Below the pieces are notes generated by a model that saw only the letters and a program-made list of their open reading frames with translations, made no database searches and was not told the origin of the DNA. A program made the translations under genes and the position numbers. DNA of 62,061 nucleotides, filler included, from Choristocarpus tenellus KU-1152 (Eukaryota; Protista; Phaeophyceae): NCBI GenBank assembly GCA_964200185.2. It is 13 parts of 13 records of this genome, joined end to end, with 100 filler letters (N's around TTAATTAATTAA, not from the genome) between each part and the next. Parts side by side here need not be neighbours in the genome. Positions count along the whole stretch, not along the records: positions 57,915 to 62,061 come from CAXNAD020015977.1; 12 more parts are not named here. One strand, written 5' to 3'. Below, one piece after another: positions 61,769 to 62,061 of this stretch. The stretch's first letter is position 1, and every line of letters begins with the position of its first letter.

Positions 61769-62061
61769 GTAATGGCTGTCTTTTTTTAAAATTGTTTTGG
61801 AGTCATTCTCAATAATAAAAATAAATATACTTGTGATAGAAATAGTAGACATGTCCTTAGGCAGAACTCTATTTCAGGAGGCATGGTTTGAAAAATAATA
61901 AAAAGACGTTTTCACTACGTTTGACAGTGATTGGTTAAAATTGTGTGTAAAAAATAGACTGTTGAAGATGTTGTGTGTGTGTCTCTTATTACCCTAACCC
62001 TAGCCTTATCCCTCCCGCTGTGTGTGTTGGGTTGGGGTTAGGGTAACCACTGCGTACTCCC

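Noticed and set aside
1-62061. rRNA, tRNA, prokaryotic operons or giant-virus core genes
   Set aside because: None were recognised by eye. tRNAscan-SE, Infernal and NCLDV marker HMMs would be needed to exclude them formally.

Overview
This is eukaryotic nuclear DNA from a fragmented assembly. It consists of 13 unrelated contigs (about 2.5-7.5 kb each) joined by 12 artificial 100-nt linkers (44 N + TTAATTAATTAA + 44 N), so adjacency across linkers has no biological meaning. Spliced gene fragments can be reconstructed with phase-consistent splice sites: eRF3 (5 exons, one GC-AG intron), a plastid-type dihydrolipoamide dehydrogenase (last 4 exons), an MGDG-synthase-like glycosyltransferase (last 2 exons), an HSD17B10-like SDR (first 4 exons), a Nup93-like exon, a Hook-like coiled-coil protein, and a single-pass membrane protein with an FG-GAP-like repeat and a cytosolic MLKL-N-terminal-like helical segment. 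Plastid-pathway genes, short exons with long introns and interspersed TTAGGG suggest a photosynthetic stramenopile such as a brown alga (inference). The rest is mostly decayed transposons: IS630/Tc1-like and DD39D mariner, Copia, RTE-like LINE, MULE, tyrosine-recombinase elements, possibly Plavaka, an abundant MITE superfamily with GRGTSAAAGTATCT termini, a ~318-bp solo-LTR-like family with 4-bp TSDs, and several minisatellites. The best leads are the candidate receptor-MLKL-like protein, TTAGGG insertions written into a MITE copy, a frame-preserving 78-bp array, and a hairpin array behind a YR element. All family assignments come from motif recognition by eye; no database search was run.
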